IMG/VR virus record: IMGVR_UViG_3300011114_000309 | Location: 1 to 58,426 of that record | Direction: 5' to 3' (one strand) | From: a virus | Taxonomy: Duplodnaviria; Caudoviricetes | DNA length: 58,426 bases | Part shown: positions 8,801 through 16,576 of the stretch, one piece after another | Position numbering within the stretch: position 1 is the first letter of the stretch | Layout: the number at the start of each line of letters is the position of its first letter | Notes under the pieces: model-generated | Told to the model about the DNA's origin: nothing | The model's input: the letters and a program-made list of their open reading frames with translations, nothing else | Databases searched by the model: none | Position numbers and translations under genes: made by a program

Positions 8801-11439
8801 ACCCGTCGCTTGTCGATGCACGGGTGACAGCAGAGCAAGTAAAAGAGAAGGCCAAACAAGCGTTACAAAAACGTGGTCCGCTAAAACTTGCTCCACAGGT
8901 ATCCGAAGAAACAGCAACAAAGTTACAACAAACATTTGCTCCTGAGAACAAGACCATCATCGATAAGATCGAAGGTCTTAAGGATCGTTTCTGGCAGCGC
9001 ATGTCTCAGGGTATTGCTGATCAGTTCAGGTCTATCAAAGAGTACGACGAGAAAGCCTACATGCAGGCGCGTCTGTCAAAGTCTGTTGACGGTGGACTAG
9101 AAGGTCTACTGTTCTACGGTGAGGTCTATAACGACGACGGCGCATTGAACATTCGTAAAGACGGCAAAGGTTTGATCAAAGTCTTGGAACCTGTAGGGAC
9201 TGAAGTCGATAACTTCATGATTTGGGTGGCGTTGAACCGTGAGGAACAGCTCCAACGGGAAGGGAAGATTCCCTCTATCCCTGAAGACTTGATCGCAGAG
9301 AAGAACAACCTATCAAGCGGTACGTTGAACGGCCAGCCAAGACTGCAAGTCTATAAGCGCGTATTAGAGGACATGAACAAGTTAAATCGTTCTGTCTTGA
9401 AGATTGCGTTAGACACTGGTCTTATTGATCAAAACGGCTACGATAAGTTTTCAAGTGATATCTATTACGTTCCATTCTACAAAGAGATGGAAGGCAAAGA
9501 CATTGATGCGCCGTCTACTGCGTCAGGTCTAACAAGTCAGTACTTCTCTAAGCAACTTAAAGGTGGCGAACGTCCATTTGGTGATTTGGTAGAAAACACC
9601 TTGCGGAATTGGAATCACATCCTCTCTGCGGCCATGAAGAACCAGGCTGCGGTATCCACCATACAGTCTGCGTCACGGTTTAGGTTAGGTGATACACCAG
9701 TTGTAGAACCTACAACTGAGAAAACCGGATCTGCAAAGATCATGGTTGATGGGCAGGCGCAGTACTTTAAGATCAATGATCCCTTGCTGTTTGAAGCTAT
9801 CTCTGCAATTGGATACTTAGGTCCGAAGTCTAAGTTCCTTGATGTCGCAAGAGACTTTAAAAATATCCTACAGTTTGGTGTGACACTGTCGCCTGCTTTC
9901 AAGGTTAATAACTTGATACGTGACTCGGTTTCTGCCATGGCTGTCACGGAACTTAACAAGAACCCGATTGCCAACGTTCTTAACGGTGTATCGATCTTTA
10001 ATAAAAACGATCCGACATACATATCAGCACTCGCTGGTGGGGCAATCTTTAACTTCGGTACAGCGTACGAAGGCGATCAATCAAAATTGATTAAACGATT
10101 AATTGAAAAAGGAATTAATCGTGACACTATTCTAGATACTCCAGACCGAATTAGAAAGGGTCTTCGGATGGCTTGGGATAAATACCAAGACTGGGGTAAT
10201 GCATCGGAAGCGGCTAATAGATTGGCGTTGTATAAACAGTTGCGTGACAAGGGTATGAGTCACCTCGAGGCTACATACCAAGCCCGTGATCTGTTGGACT
10301 TCTCGATGCAGGGATCATGGCCTGCATTCAGGTTGGTTACACAAGTTGTACCGTTTATGAACGCACGTATCCAAGGTTTGTATAAGCTTGGACGTGATGG
10401 CGTGATACCGACGTCACGAGTTCTTTATAACGTTGCAACAGGCAAAGAGATCGAAGGAACCGACAAACATAAAGCCGAGGCATTTGGATTGGTTACTGGT
10501 GCGGTCATGCTTGCATCGATGGCGTTGTACTTGACGTTCAAAGATGATGAGGAATACCAAAAACGTGATGAGTGGGATCGTGACAATTTCTGGTGGTTTA
10601 AGTTACCAGGTATGGACGTAGCGTTACGGGTTCCAAAGCCTTTTGAGATTGGTGCATTTGGTACGCTGACTGAACGTATCCTCGAGCAAGTAGTTGATGA
10701 AGGCGCAGAAGGCAAACAGTTTACTGACGCACTGACAAGGATGTTGGGAGATACGTTTGCACTGAACCCAACACCACAAATGGTAAAGCCGCTACTTGAT
10801 CTATACGCCAACAAAGATTCGTTTACTGGCGCGCCTATCGAGTCGGCAGGGTTAGAACGGCTATCGAAACAAGAACGTGTCAACGATAACACCAGCGCTT
10901 TAGCTATAGCACTAGGTGGTATATCAACAGTCTTCCCAGAGAAGTTCCAGTTGTCCCCGGTACAAGTGGACTACGCAATCAAAGGATACTTTGGGTGGTT
11001 AGGTGGATTAGCATCAACGACTTCTACCTATGCAGTCATGCCATTCAAAGAAGGTTCGTATCCTGATACCAAGTGGATCGACAGGGCGAGTCTTGGGTTA
11101 GCTCGTGACCTACCTTCTAACCAAGCAAGGTACGTCACGGCGTTCTATGAGAATGGAAAAGAAATCAATCAAGCCTATGCCGACATGCGTCATTACGCAG
11201 AAGTTGGTGATGCGGAAAAGGTAGAAAAGATTCTCGAGGAAAAGGGTGACAAGATTGCGCTGGCTAAGTTCTACGATAAGACTGCAAAGAACATGTCAGA
11301 AATTCGCAAGCAGATCAGAGTCATCATGGCTGACACCACCATGGATGGCGCAGCCAAACGAGAAGAGATTGATCGTATGAAGATGATCATTGCTGAACTA
11401 GCTAAACAGGCTGAAGAAGCTAGAAAGTCATTCAAGTAA
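5851..11439 (+). CDS. Large polyvalent/internal virion protein with zincin-like HExxH domain and C-terminal LPD38-like domain
   Basis: 1862 aa; AHEIIHG...REFASEA; EEYQKRDEWDRDNFWWF...RVPKPFEIG resembles LPD38; last gene of the late operon. Confidence 0.8.
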   Translation: MANMNDLYDALRRADAAGDTESARKLAEYIRSLQAPAPQPPSKQRTYGEALQDIGAGVVGGIGSLVQLPGQLYGLATGDMSRTGALGVGKDIEEYAETLKSAGLKAREEARRKAIEEATAKEGQFGAFKSAFSETVKDPALLLTFLAEQAPQLLVPFGAAKIAKGVTAAKGAEAAAQAGVRGAIGAAGVQQGADVGAGAYENIYAELKSKGASDKEAAEGALNLARAAGASGAIISVLAQRLPGAKALEETFAGVPGTAGRAARVSRGALGESAGEITEEVGGRFGQNLAMREVKPEQSLTEGLGETAGMAAIGGGLLGGVAGLARRPQPPEAPVIEPPPPPPITSPEQQRIEQTTGVERPSAVGIEGLLSAEEAERQRIAMLRERSDEAARQQAERARTEGVIGETQFPVSVPETPRFEPEPVTKTQEELAAQQAEVDRRRQEAGLPTAAQQRAGITGVEKPKIAQSSPVPKLVDPRPLTEQQANARLGVLRDMLSIEGGDPNSLGIVPHPTVQGKFAIKSFDLPFKLSPETQATAFGTPEKPVVIDPVEAYVNIARQTNTPAAKRFVKDWEAGRIPREDVERALQTERQLLSLPPLTFLGSPGAKISQQPIAGPTLEGVRDVFDRPITNVAKPPPKPYDVPTPSVPFSSTTWNVSAGQVEPTSNLELPAIQFLNNPSVDPVDYYIRMLTNLTNIDPASLTTNEEKSQFQKIKTFLEAYSQNKIPRSFIENALKRTSPTGTPVTQQPPTQQPPTTGQEAEVTTLEEFKKRMPVLRQNAEVEAANLAGDLKKLGEALAKSSNPAIARVGELTNLIVGKVTLKKPRKLAAGVAGQYAYADDSIQMDRSYAGDEHTSAHEIIHGLVAKSQRFPGPKQKRYAKDLQTLYEHVRTELNKQGMGWGRGYKTQVYGLLNEREFASEAMTNQEFQFMLMKIPYKGKKSAWSQFVSIVANLLGIKNTNALSEAMLLIENLAKAGRPLKTPIDPSLVDARVTAEQVKEKAKQALQKRGPLKLAPQVSEETATKLQQTFAPENKTIIDKIEGLKDRFWQRMSQGIADQFRSIKEYDEKAYMQARLSKSVDGGLEGLLFYGEVYNDDGALNIRKDGKGLIKVLEPVGTEVDNFMIWVALNREEQLQREGKIPSIPEDLIAEKNNLSSGTLNGQPRLQVYKRVLEDMNKLNRSVLKIALDTGLIDQNGYDKFSSDIYYVPFYKEMEGKDIDAPSTASGLTSQYFSKQLKGGERPFGDLVENTLRNWNHILSAAMKNQAAVSTIQSASRFRLGDTPVVEPTTEKTGSAKIMVDGQAQYFKINDPLLFEAISAIGYLGPKSKFLDVARDFKNILQFGVTLSPAFKVNNLIRDSVSAMAVTELNKNPIANVLNGVSIFNKNDPTYISALAGGAIFNFGTAYEGDQSKLIKRLIEKGINRDTILDTPDRIRKGLRMAWDKYQDWGNASEAANRLALYKQLRDKGMSHLEATYQARDLLDFSMQGSWPAFRLVTQVVPFMNARIQGLYKLGRDGVIPTSRVLYNVATGKEIEGTDKHKAEAFGLVTGAVMLASMALYLTFKDDEEYQKRDEWDRDNFWWFKLPGMDVALRVPKPFEIGAFGTLTERILEQVVDEGAEGKQFTDALTRMLGDTFALNPTPQMVKPLLDLYANKDSFTGAPIESAGLERLSKQERVNDNTSALAIALGGISTVFPEKFQLSPVQVDYAIKGYFGWLGGLASTTSTYAVMPFKEGSYPDTKWIDRASLGLARDLPSNQARYVTAFYENGKEINQAYADMRHYAEVGDAEKVEKILEEKGDKIALAKFYDKTAKNMSEIRKQIRVIMADTTMDGAAKREEIDRMKMIIAELAKQAEEARKSFK

Positions 11440-11685
11440 ACGTTCAATCGTTACAGAAAGTGCATCAAGTTCATCCATCTTACGGATGGACCATGCTCTT
11501 TTCTGGCCATGCCAACCAAGGATAGAACCTTGGTGGCAGTCTTTGCATAAGGCAACCACGGTGTATTGTTGATGTTGCTTTACGTGGTGTGCATCCGAAG
11601 GACCAGGCGCATCACATACGGAGCAGGGTAAGGACTTCACCCTGCGTACGTGTTCACGTTCCTTTGCGGTTAACTTGTTGTTCAC
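11428..11685 (-). CDS. Small HNH-like Zn-binding nuclease (DUF968/Ref-like)
   Basis: CSVC...AHH...LCKDCH; probable GTG start at 11685. Confidence 0.65.
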   Translation of the reverse strand: MNNKLTAKEREHVRRVKSLPCSVCDAPGPSDAHHVKQHQQYTVVALCKDCHQGSILGWHGQKRAWSIRKMDELDALSVTIERLLE

Positions 11686-11860
11686 GTTTCTTTCTTTCGC
11701 GCAGCATCTCTTCTGCAATGTTGAAACAGGTTTCTGGTAATTCGTTGTAGGGAATCTTGCTTGCAAAACTCATCAACGCAAAACTGGCATACCAGTCCAA
11801 CATCGTCAGTTCAGAAACGGATTGATCCTCGGTAGATACCAGTGATTCAACCCCGCGCAT
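11654..11860 (-). CDS. Hypothetical small phage protein
   Basis: MLDWYASFAL...IAEEMLRERK resembles the LRDYFAAKAL...MADAMLKARE segment of 19888-20199; start uncertain. Confidence 0.5.
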   Translation of the reverse strand: MRGVESLVSTEDQSVSELTMLDWYASFALMSFASKIPYNELPETCFNIAEEMLRERKKREQQVNRKGT

Positions 11861-12098
11861 CTTGTTCACCGTGGGCAAATAGGCTTCTCCAGTAGGCCCA
11901 TTTCTTTTGGTATGCCGGATCTTCCGTCGGTGGAATCCAGAGTACTTCCGTGTCGGGCCATTCAAGTTCTTCTCGTTCGATGGGAATTGGTTCGCTCTTT
12001 TTTCCATACAGATCAATCTTCACTACATGAGTGGGTGCTTTTTGTTTTCTCCAAAGTGCCATGGCATCTGCGCCAGACTTCCAAAGTCTTTCATTCAT
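11847..12098 (-). CDS. Hypothetical protein
   Basis: Tightly packed ORF in leftward operon with ATGA overlap. Confidence 0.55.
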   Translation of the reverse strand: MNERLWKSGADAMALWRKQKAPTHVVKIDLYGKKSEPIPIEREELEWPDTEVLWIPPTEDPAYQKKWAYWRSLFAHGEQDARG

Positions 12099-12400
12099 TT
12101 CTTTTTCCTATTTGGTTTTTGATGAACGATCATCGGGGTTAATAAGTCTTCGATGTAATACGCTAAGGTCAAGCCTTTAAGACCGATCAGGTTGCAGTAA
12201 TCGTCTTCGTGTAAAGCACTGATCACATCTCTGATTGCTTTGTTATAACCAGCGTTGAATTCGTCATTGCCTTCAATCATCATTGTGATGGCATCACGTA
12301 CCAACGCCGTGGCTTTACGGTCTTGTGCGGCCTCTTTGACCTTTAAGTAAATATCCTCCCTCAGATGGACTGAGTAGGGGATGAGACGTTTGCTTTCCAT
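12095..12400 (-). CDS. Putative ribbon-helix-helix DNA-binding protein
   Basis: Start MESKRLIPYSVHLREDIY after a CAGGA RBS; strand-helix-helix pattern. Confidence 0.5.
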   Translation of the reverse strand: MESKRLIPYSVHLREDIYLKVKEAAQDRKATALVRDAITMMIEGNDEFNAGYNKAIRDVISALHEDDYCNLIGLKGLTLAYYIEDLLTPMIVHQKPNRKKK

Positions 12401-12801
12401 GAATTGAATTCCTGTTCGATAACGAATAATCGTTTGGCTAATGATGGCTTGTCTTTTAGTTCTGACCGAGAGGAAATACCTAGCGTGTCTTTGAGCCAAT
12501 CAGTGGCGGCGCTTTCAGACTCCTCAAAGGTATTGCCTGTCTCTACCAAGAAGTTATGAAAGACTGGATCCTTGCATAACATGGCAGAAGCTCTTACGGG
12601 ATCACGACCGTACTCACGTTCACGAACCATTGGGGTTTCGTCGTTGTTAAGCCGGACCATGACAACCTGGTATCTGGCCCCAACAAAGTCCCTGAGTATT
12701 TCATCAGGGATCTCATCGGGGTGTATACACAACGTTAATACATAGCCCGTCTTATCCTGTTTGATTGCCACCTTAGCGGCTTCAAATTGGGAAGTCTTCA
12801 T
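12361..12801 (-). CDS. Hypothetical phage protein
   Basis: 146-aa ORF directly downstream of ssb. Confidence 0.7.
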   Translation of the reverse strand: MKTSQFEAAKVAIKQDKTGYVLTLCIHPDEIPDEILRDFVGARYQVVMVRLNNDETPMVREREYGRDPVRASAMLCKDPVFHNFLVETGNTFEESESAATDWLKDTLGISSRSELKDKPSLAKRLFVIEQEFNSWKANVSSPTQSI

Positions 12802-12803
12802 GA

Positions 12804-13181
12804 TCAGAACGGGATGTCTTGGTCATCATCCTGCTTGATAGCAGGCTTCTCAGGACGGCCAGCCTCACGAGTTCCACCAAGCATTGTCATGGCTGAACAA
12901 ACGATATCAACGGTGGTCTTTTCTACGCCGTCTTTGTCGGTGTATTTGCCGTACTTAATCGATCCTTCCACGTAGATCTGGATACCTTTCTTGACCCACT
13001 CGGCAACGATCTCGGCAAGCTTGCCAAAGAAAACCAATCGATGCCATTGGGTTTCTTCCTGACCTTTTACTTTCTGTGAAGTAGCAAGGGATACGTTGGC
13101 AATAGCCATGCCGTCGCCGGTGTAACGAACGACAGGGTCTTGTCCTACGCGACCGATTAGGGTTACGCGATTTACACTCAT
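12804..13181 (-). CDS. ssb: Single-stranded DNA-binding protein
   Basis: SVNRVTLIGRVGQDP, TQWHRLVFFGKLAE, acidic C-terminal DDDQDIPF. Confidence 0.97.
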   Translation of the reverse strand: MSVNRVTLIGRVGQDPVVRYTGDGMAIANVSLATSQKVKGQEETQWHRLVFFGKLAEIVAEWVKKGIQIYVEGSIKYGKYTDKDGVEKTTVDIVCSAMTMLGGTREAGRPEKPAIKQDDDQDIPF

Positions 13182-13882
13182 GCTTCATCTCCTTTTTCAA
13201 ACTTAGCTTTCTTTCTGGAAAAGTCTTCCATCAAAAGCTTGTAGGTACCAGGGTCTAACTGTTTGAGTTTGTCAAAGATGTTCCTGTTGACTTTGAATAA
13301 GTCAGTCACATCCGTTTTGTTTTCACAGAACGCAAGCCCAGTCATTGCGATTTGGGTTACTTTCTCTGACCAGTCCTCGAGGTTTGCCTCTGGTGTCACG
13401 GTGACTTTGATCTGCCAGCCGGTATCGAATCCTTCGATGTGAGCTGGGATCTTTGACTCGACCTTTGGTTCTACCTTGGGTTCAGGTTTGGGTTCAGGCT
13501 TAACAAACTTCTTACTAGCGGCGTTAGCGTCATCGTCTTCTGGTGCGATGCCACACGCAGCCATAAGGCTATATCTTCTTGCATAAGTTAACGCCGAGCC
13601 ATACCCTTGGGGATCTTGTTTGGCCGCGGGGACGTGGAGTCGTCCGTTACTCAACATCTCCCCCGACTCATGGACAAAGATGGTTTCAACAATGACGCCG
13701 TTGTCGCAGTCATGAGTCTGTTGAACCAAAGCAATCCCGTTATCGTTTAAAGCGTCTATGACGGCCTCAACGCAGGCGGATAGGTCTGCATACTTCGTAC
13801 GGAAATGCGGGTTCGTAGAGGACTTTAGAGCCGGTCCAAAGGCCTTCTGTGCTTTAACGAATGACTGGGCGATCTTCTGCAT
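13178..13882 (-). CDS. erf: ERF-family ssDNA annealing recombinase
   Basis: NPHFRTKYADL and PQGYGSALTYARRYSL...GIAPEDDD signatures. Confidence 0.95.
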   Translation of the reverse strand: MQKIAQSFVKAQKAFGPALKSSTNPHFRTKYADLSACVEAVIDALNDNGIALVQQTHDCDNGVIVETIFVHESGEMLSNGRLHVPAAKQDPQGYGSALTYARRYSLMAACGIAPEDDDANAASKKFVKPEPKPEPKVEPKVESKIPAHIEGFDTGWQIKVTVTPEANLEDWSEKVTQIAMTGLAFCENKTDVTDLFKVNRNIFDKLKQLDPGTYKLLMEDFSRKKAKFEKGDEA

Positions 13883-13972
13883 CGTCGTCTCCTCTTAAAA
13901 TGATTTCTATTTCCAACAACATTTGTCTGATGTCGTAGATCAAATACATCAGTCGGTTCATATCTTCTTGGC

Positions 13973-14230
13973 TCATGCTGGCTTCCTTCCTGGCTTGGCC
14001 CGTGGTGTGCCGTCTTTCTTAAGACCGTACTTGGCTTTCTTGGGTTTGGTTTCTACGGGTTGTTCAGCTTGTTGGTATGCAAGTTTCTTTTGTTCGTACT
14101 CTAAGTTGATGCGATGGTTCTTCTCGATGTTCTGAAGACGGGTGATGAGATGGTTTACTTCCACCCAAGGAAGAACCATCAGTCCACGGAATACCAGTTC
14201 AAGATCTTTTGATCCAAGTTCTACGTTCAT
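13973..14230 (-). CDS. Hypothetical protein with basic C-terminal tail
   Basis: KYGLKKDGTPRAKPGRKP tail; overlaps the stop of the upstream exonuclease. Confidence 0.6.
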   Translation of the reverse strand: MNVELGSKDLELVFRGLMVLPWVEVNHLITRLQNIEKNHRINLEYEQKKLAYQQAEQPVETKPKKAKYGLKKDGTPRAKPGRKPA

Positions 14231-15105
14231 GTTTTCTCCAAATAAGTTTTGTACTGCTTACAAAAATTAGCGACCTGACAGTACGATTTGCAACGTACTC
14301 GCTCGCCTTCTCTAACCTCCACGGTGTAACCCTTGGAGTCCTTCAAAGAAGTGAATGCAGCATTCGCTTCCTCTAAAGTCGGGTGAACTGACTTAGCCCG
14401 GACATTCCCGGTCTTGATCAGTGCGTAGGTTGTGGGCCTCTCCCACATCTCCTCTGATGAACACTCCGGCATGTCATCGTCTAACTGGAGTGCAAAGTAC
14501 GCATCGTTGTGTTTCGATAATCTGGATTTGACATAAGCCTCACGGGCCTCAGAAGGCCACAGGGGGATGTCAATCACAGCGACGGGGGATTGTGGGTATC
14601 CGTCCTTCGTTTGCGCTTCACGGGCCGTCCAATCCCTTACGATGGCTACGATCTTGGCGGCTTTGACTGGAACGTTCTTGCACCGTTCAATCAACCAGGC
14701 GTAAACGTTTAACTGGTTATGCCAGTCTTGCTTCTCATTCATCACGGCCCAAGCACCGGTGACTTTGTAGTCAGAGATGATGATGCCGTCTGGTTCAACT
14801 TCTTGTAGGTCCATCTGTCCTGACAATGTCCAGCCGTCGAGTTTTGTGTAGAGGCGTTCCTCGATGACGTGATGGGAGTCCTTGCCATGCTCGAGGACTT
14901 TATGAACGGCGGAGCCGAACAGTTGCCATACCATCTCCGAAGCATCCTGTTCTAAATCATCCCAATGCTTATGCTTAAGACTCACAATCTGAGGAGAGTT
15001 AAGCAATTCAGTCACCGAGATATGAGAGTCACCCTTGGTATAGGTAGGCCTCTTGATGACGTTGATAAACGTCTGAGGTAACTCAAACTTGTTTGTTAGC
15101 TTCAT
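14227..15105 (-). CDS. PD-(D/E)XK exonuclease (RecB/Cas4-like)
   Basis: GSAVH, E...LSGQMD...ISDYK, QLNVY motifs, terminal CxxYCxxxxxC; next to ERF and SSB. Confidence 0.85.
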   Translation of the reverse strand: MKLTNKFELPQTFINVIKRPTYTKGDSHISVTELLNSPQIVSLKHKHWDDLEQDASEMVWQLFGSAVHKVLEHGKDSHHVIEERLYTKLDGWTLSGQMDLQEVEPDGIIISDYKVTGAWAVMNEKQDWHNQLNVYAWLIERCKNVPVKAAKIVAIVRDWTAREAQTKDGYPQSPVAVIDIPLWPSEAREAYVKSRLSKHNDAYFALQLDDDMPECSSEEMWERPTTYALIKTGNVRAKSVHPTLEEANAAFTSLKDSKGYTVEVREGERVRCKSYCQVANFCKQYKTYLEKT

Positions 15106-15343
15106 GGATAGACCAATTTAAAAGTTTGTAAAAGCACATCGAGTCTTTGTTAGATCCGCCTAACCACGTTTGCCATGTAGGACTAACTTCGTCATAGGTA
15201 AAAAGAAGCATGAGGTGGTAGTACATAGCGGCGTCATACTCTTCGTTCTGGTAGTAGTGCCACATCAGGTCTAAGTTTTTGGCTTGCTCACTGACGTAAA
15301 AGGCGTATTCCCTGGCACGTCGGATAACTTCTAATCGTGTCAT
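15083..15343 (-). CDS. Hypothetical protein, first gene of leftward operon 1
   Basis: ACAGGAG RBS and a strong promoter immediately upstream. Confidence 0.7.
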   Translation of the reverse strand: MTRLEVIRRAREYAFYVSEQAKNLDLMWHYYQNEEYDAAMYYHLMLLFTYDEVSPTWQTWLGGSNKDSMCFYKLLNWSIHEANKQV

Positions 15344-15372
15344 GTCATCTCCTGTCTGCTAGTTGTGCAGTC

Positions 15373-15401
15373 AATATAGCAGGTAGGTTCTGACATGTCA
15401 A
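15373..15401 (-). promoter_or_regulatory. sigma70-type promoter, leftward operon 1
   Basis: TTGACA-N17-TATATT with TGn extension on the minus strand. Confidence 0.85.
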
Positions 15402-15409
15402 CTAGGTTT

Positions 15410-15435
15410 AAACTCCATAAATATTTATGGAGTTT
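15410..15435. repeat. Perfect 26-bp palindrome, copy 1 (putative operator)
   Basis: AAACTCCATAAATATTTATGGAGTTT is self-complementary; near-identical copy at 29281. Confidence 0.9.
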
Positions 15436-15725
15436 TGATGCGACGCGCAGCCAGGGTTGATGAAAATCAAGGACTTATCGTCAAGGCGTTACGCGCTTGT
15501 GGGGCGACGGTACGGGTCATTTCGCAGGGTGATGGCATACCTGATCTGTTAGTTGGGTACCGAGGCCATACGATTCTGATGGAAGTGAAGGACGGGAATA
15601 AGCCTCCTTCGGCGAGACAGCTCACCACGGCAGAGCAGATCTTCTTTGACCAATGGACTGGCGGGAAGTTATTCATTGTGAACAGCGTAGAAGAAGCGCT
15701 TGATGTATTGAAGGATTGCCGATAG
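15435..15725 (+). CDS. VRR-NUC-like PD-(D/E)XK nuclease / resolvase
   Basis: RVDENQ...GIPDLLVG...LMEVKDG...LTTAEQIF...NSVEEAL. Confidence 0.85.
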   Translation: MMRRAARVDENQGLIVKALRACGATVRVISQGDGIPDLLVGYRGHTILMEVKDGNKPPSARQLTTAEQIFFDQWTGGKLFIVNSVEEALDVLKDCR

Positions 15726-15728
15726 CAT
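15700..15728 (+). promoter_or_regulatory. Candidate sigma70 promoter for a small RNA
   Basis: TTGATG-N17-TAGCAT, ~70 nt upstream of an intrinsic terminator. Confidence 0.5.
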
Positions 15729-15734
15729 GAGGGC

Positions 15735-15800
15735 TGTAGTCCATGTTGTCTCCTGTTGGTCTTCCCAACTTTTGCCCCTTGCAATAAGGGGCATTTTTTT
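15735..15800 (+). ncRNA. Candidate anti-RBS small RNA
   Basis: Promoter, CATGTTGTCTCCTGT seed complementary to RBS/AUG of leftward leaders, then terminator. Confidence 0.55.
15773..15800 (+). terminator. Rho-independent terminator
   Basis: TGCCCCTT-GCAAT-AAGGGGCA followed by T7. Confidence 0.9.
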
Positions 15801-15808
15801 GGTATAGT
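15779..15808 (+). promoter_or_regulatory. sigma70 promoter overlapping the terminator, upstream of structured RNA
   Basis: TTGCAA-N18-TATAGT with TGn extension. Confidence 0.6.
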
Positions 15809-15811
15809 CAT

Positions 15812-15958
15812 CTGGTCGGTGTGGCAACCGGCAGCGCTAAGGTGAACCCCAGAGCATTTAGGTGGGGCTTGTGTGGTCACAATGTCTTCCTTAGCAGACT
15901 GCGTGATTGCCCATGCCAAGGGCCATGCCCCTCCTAAGTCTTCTGGGGTTTTGCTTTT
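15812..15958 (+). ncRNA. Structured RNA resembling phage C4-type antisense RNAs
   Basis: Hairpin with loop GTGGCA; long stem AACCCCAGA..TTAGG..GGGGC / GCCCC..CCTAA..TCTGGGGTT enclosing a hairpin with loop ATGCCAA; followed by T-runs. Confidence 0.55.
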
Positions 15959-15959
15959 G

Positions 15960-16205
15960 GCACTGACCGTACTCCGCACGAGAGTAGGGGCCGCAAGTGG
16001 GGCTGCTCGGAGTTAAACCGCACACGGTATGCCGTTAGGCTAGGGGGCAGATCCCGAACAATCCGTGGGACTCGCCGTAGGCCCAAGTCCGGGGGTGTGA
16101 GAGTTAACCCGTCTCGCACATGGGCCTCCCGCAAGGGGGTGGAATCCTCTCTCTCTATCCTGTATGGGGTAGGGGGAGCCTTTGGGTGGAAATACCCACA
16201 GATGT
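15960..16205 (+). ncRNA. Unidentified GC-rich multi-hairpin structured RNA
   Basis: Several stems with G-U pairs on the + strand; GCAA and GAAA tetraloops; no credible ORF. Confidence 0.5.
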
Positions 16206-16209
16206 GTTT

Positions 16210-16422
16210 TTAGGTGGTTTGGCCGTCGATAAATTCGTCGAGGCCTGAGCCGGTCAGGACATAAGCGGCGTCCTTATATTCCACAGTGATTAGCTGTTGT
16301 CTTAGCCACTCGTATCGTTTGAGTTGGTGTTCTAGTTCTTCAAGTCTTACTGCTGCTCGCTTCGCTACAGCGGCGTCGGCCCAGGGACCGTTAATCCCCT
16401 TTAGCTGGTCGATCAAGTTCAT
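16210..16422 (-). CDS. Hypothetical protein
   Basis: RYEWLRQ...LDEFID pattern common in small phage proteins; last gene of leftward operon 2. Confidence 0.65.
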   Translation of the reverse strand: MNLIDQLKGINGPWADAAVAKRAAVRLEELEHQLKRYEWLRQQLITVEYKDAAYVLTGSGLDEFIDGQTT

Positions 16423-16576
16423 TGGTTAAATCCTTCAGAAGTTCTTCGGCCAAAGCTTTAAGCGCGATGGACTTTAGCATCAGGGTATAGGCCTGACGAT
16501 AGGCATGTTCTGCTTCGTCGTGGAGCTGCTCCACACGGACTTGAAGTTGGACTCTTGGATCAATTTTTAACATCAT
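16391..16576 (-). CDS. Hypothetical coiled-coil protein
   Basis: Probable start MMLKIDPRVQLQ overlapping the end of the HTH-sigma4 gene. Confidence 0.5.
   Translation of the reverse strand: MMLKIDPRVQLQVRVEQLHDEAEHAYRQAYTLMLKSIALKALAEELLKDLTNELDRPAKGD

Noticed and set aside
14227-15105. Cas4-like nuclease as evidence of CRISPR-Cas
   Set aside because: The ERF plus SSB context indicates a phage recombination exonuclease.
15410-15435. Palindromes as protelomerase or recombinase sites
   Set aside because: No protelomerase or tyrosine/serine recombinase recognised in the genome; kept only as candidate operators.
15467-16134. Minus-strand ORFs 15467-15979 and 15934-16134
   Set aside because: One overlaps the nuclease antisense; both lack an RBS and protein-like features and coincide with + strand RNA structure.
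15730-16205. tRNA or tmRNA genes in the structured noncoding block
   Set aside because: No T-loop GTTCRA, cloverleaf or CCA-ended acceptor stem found.
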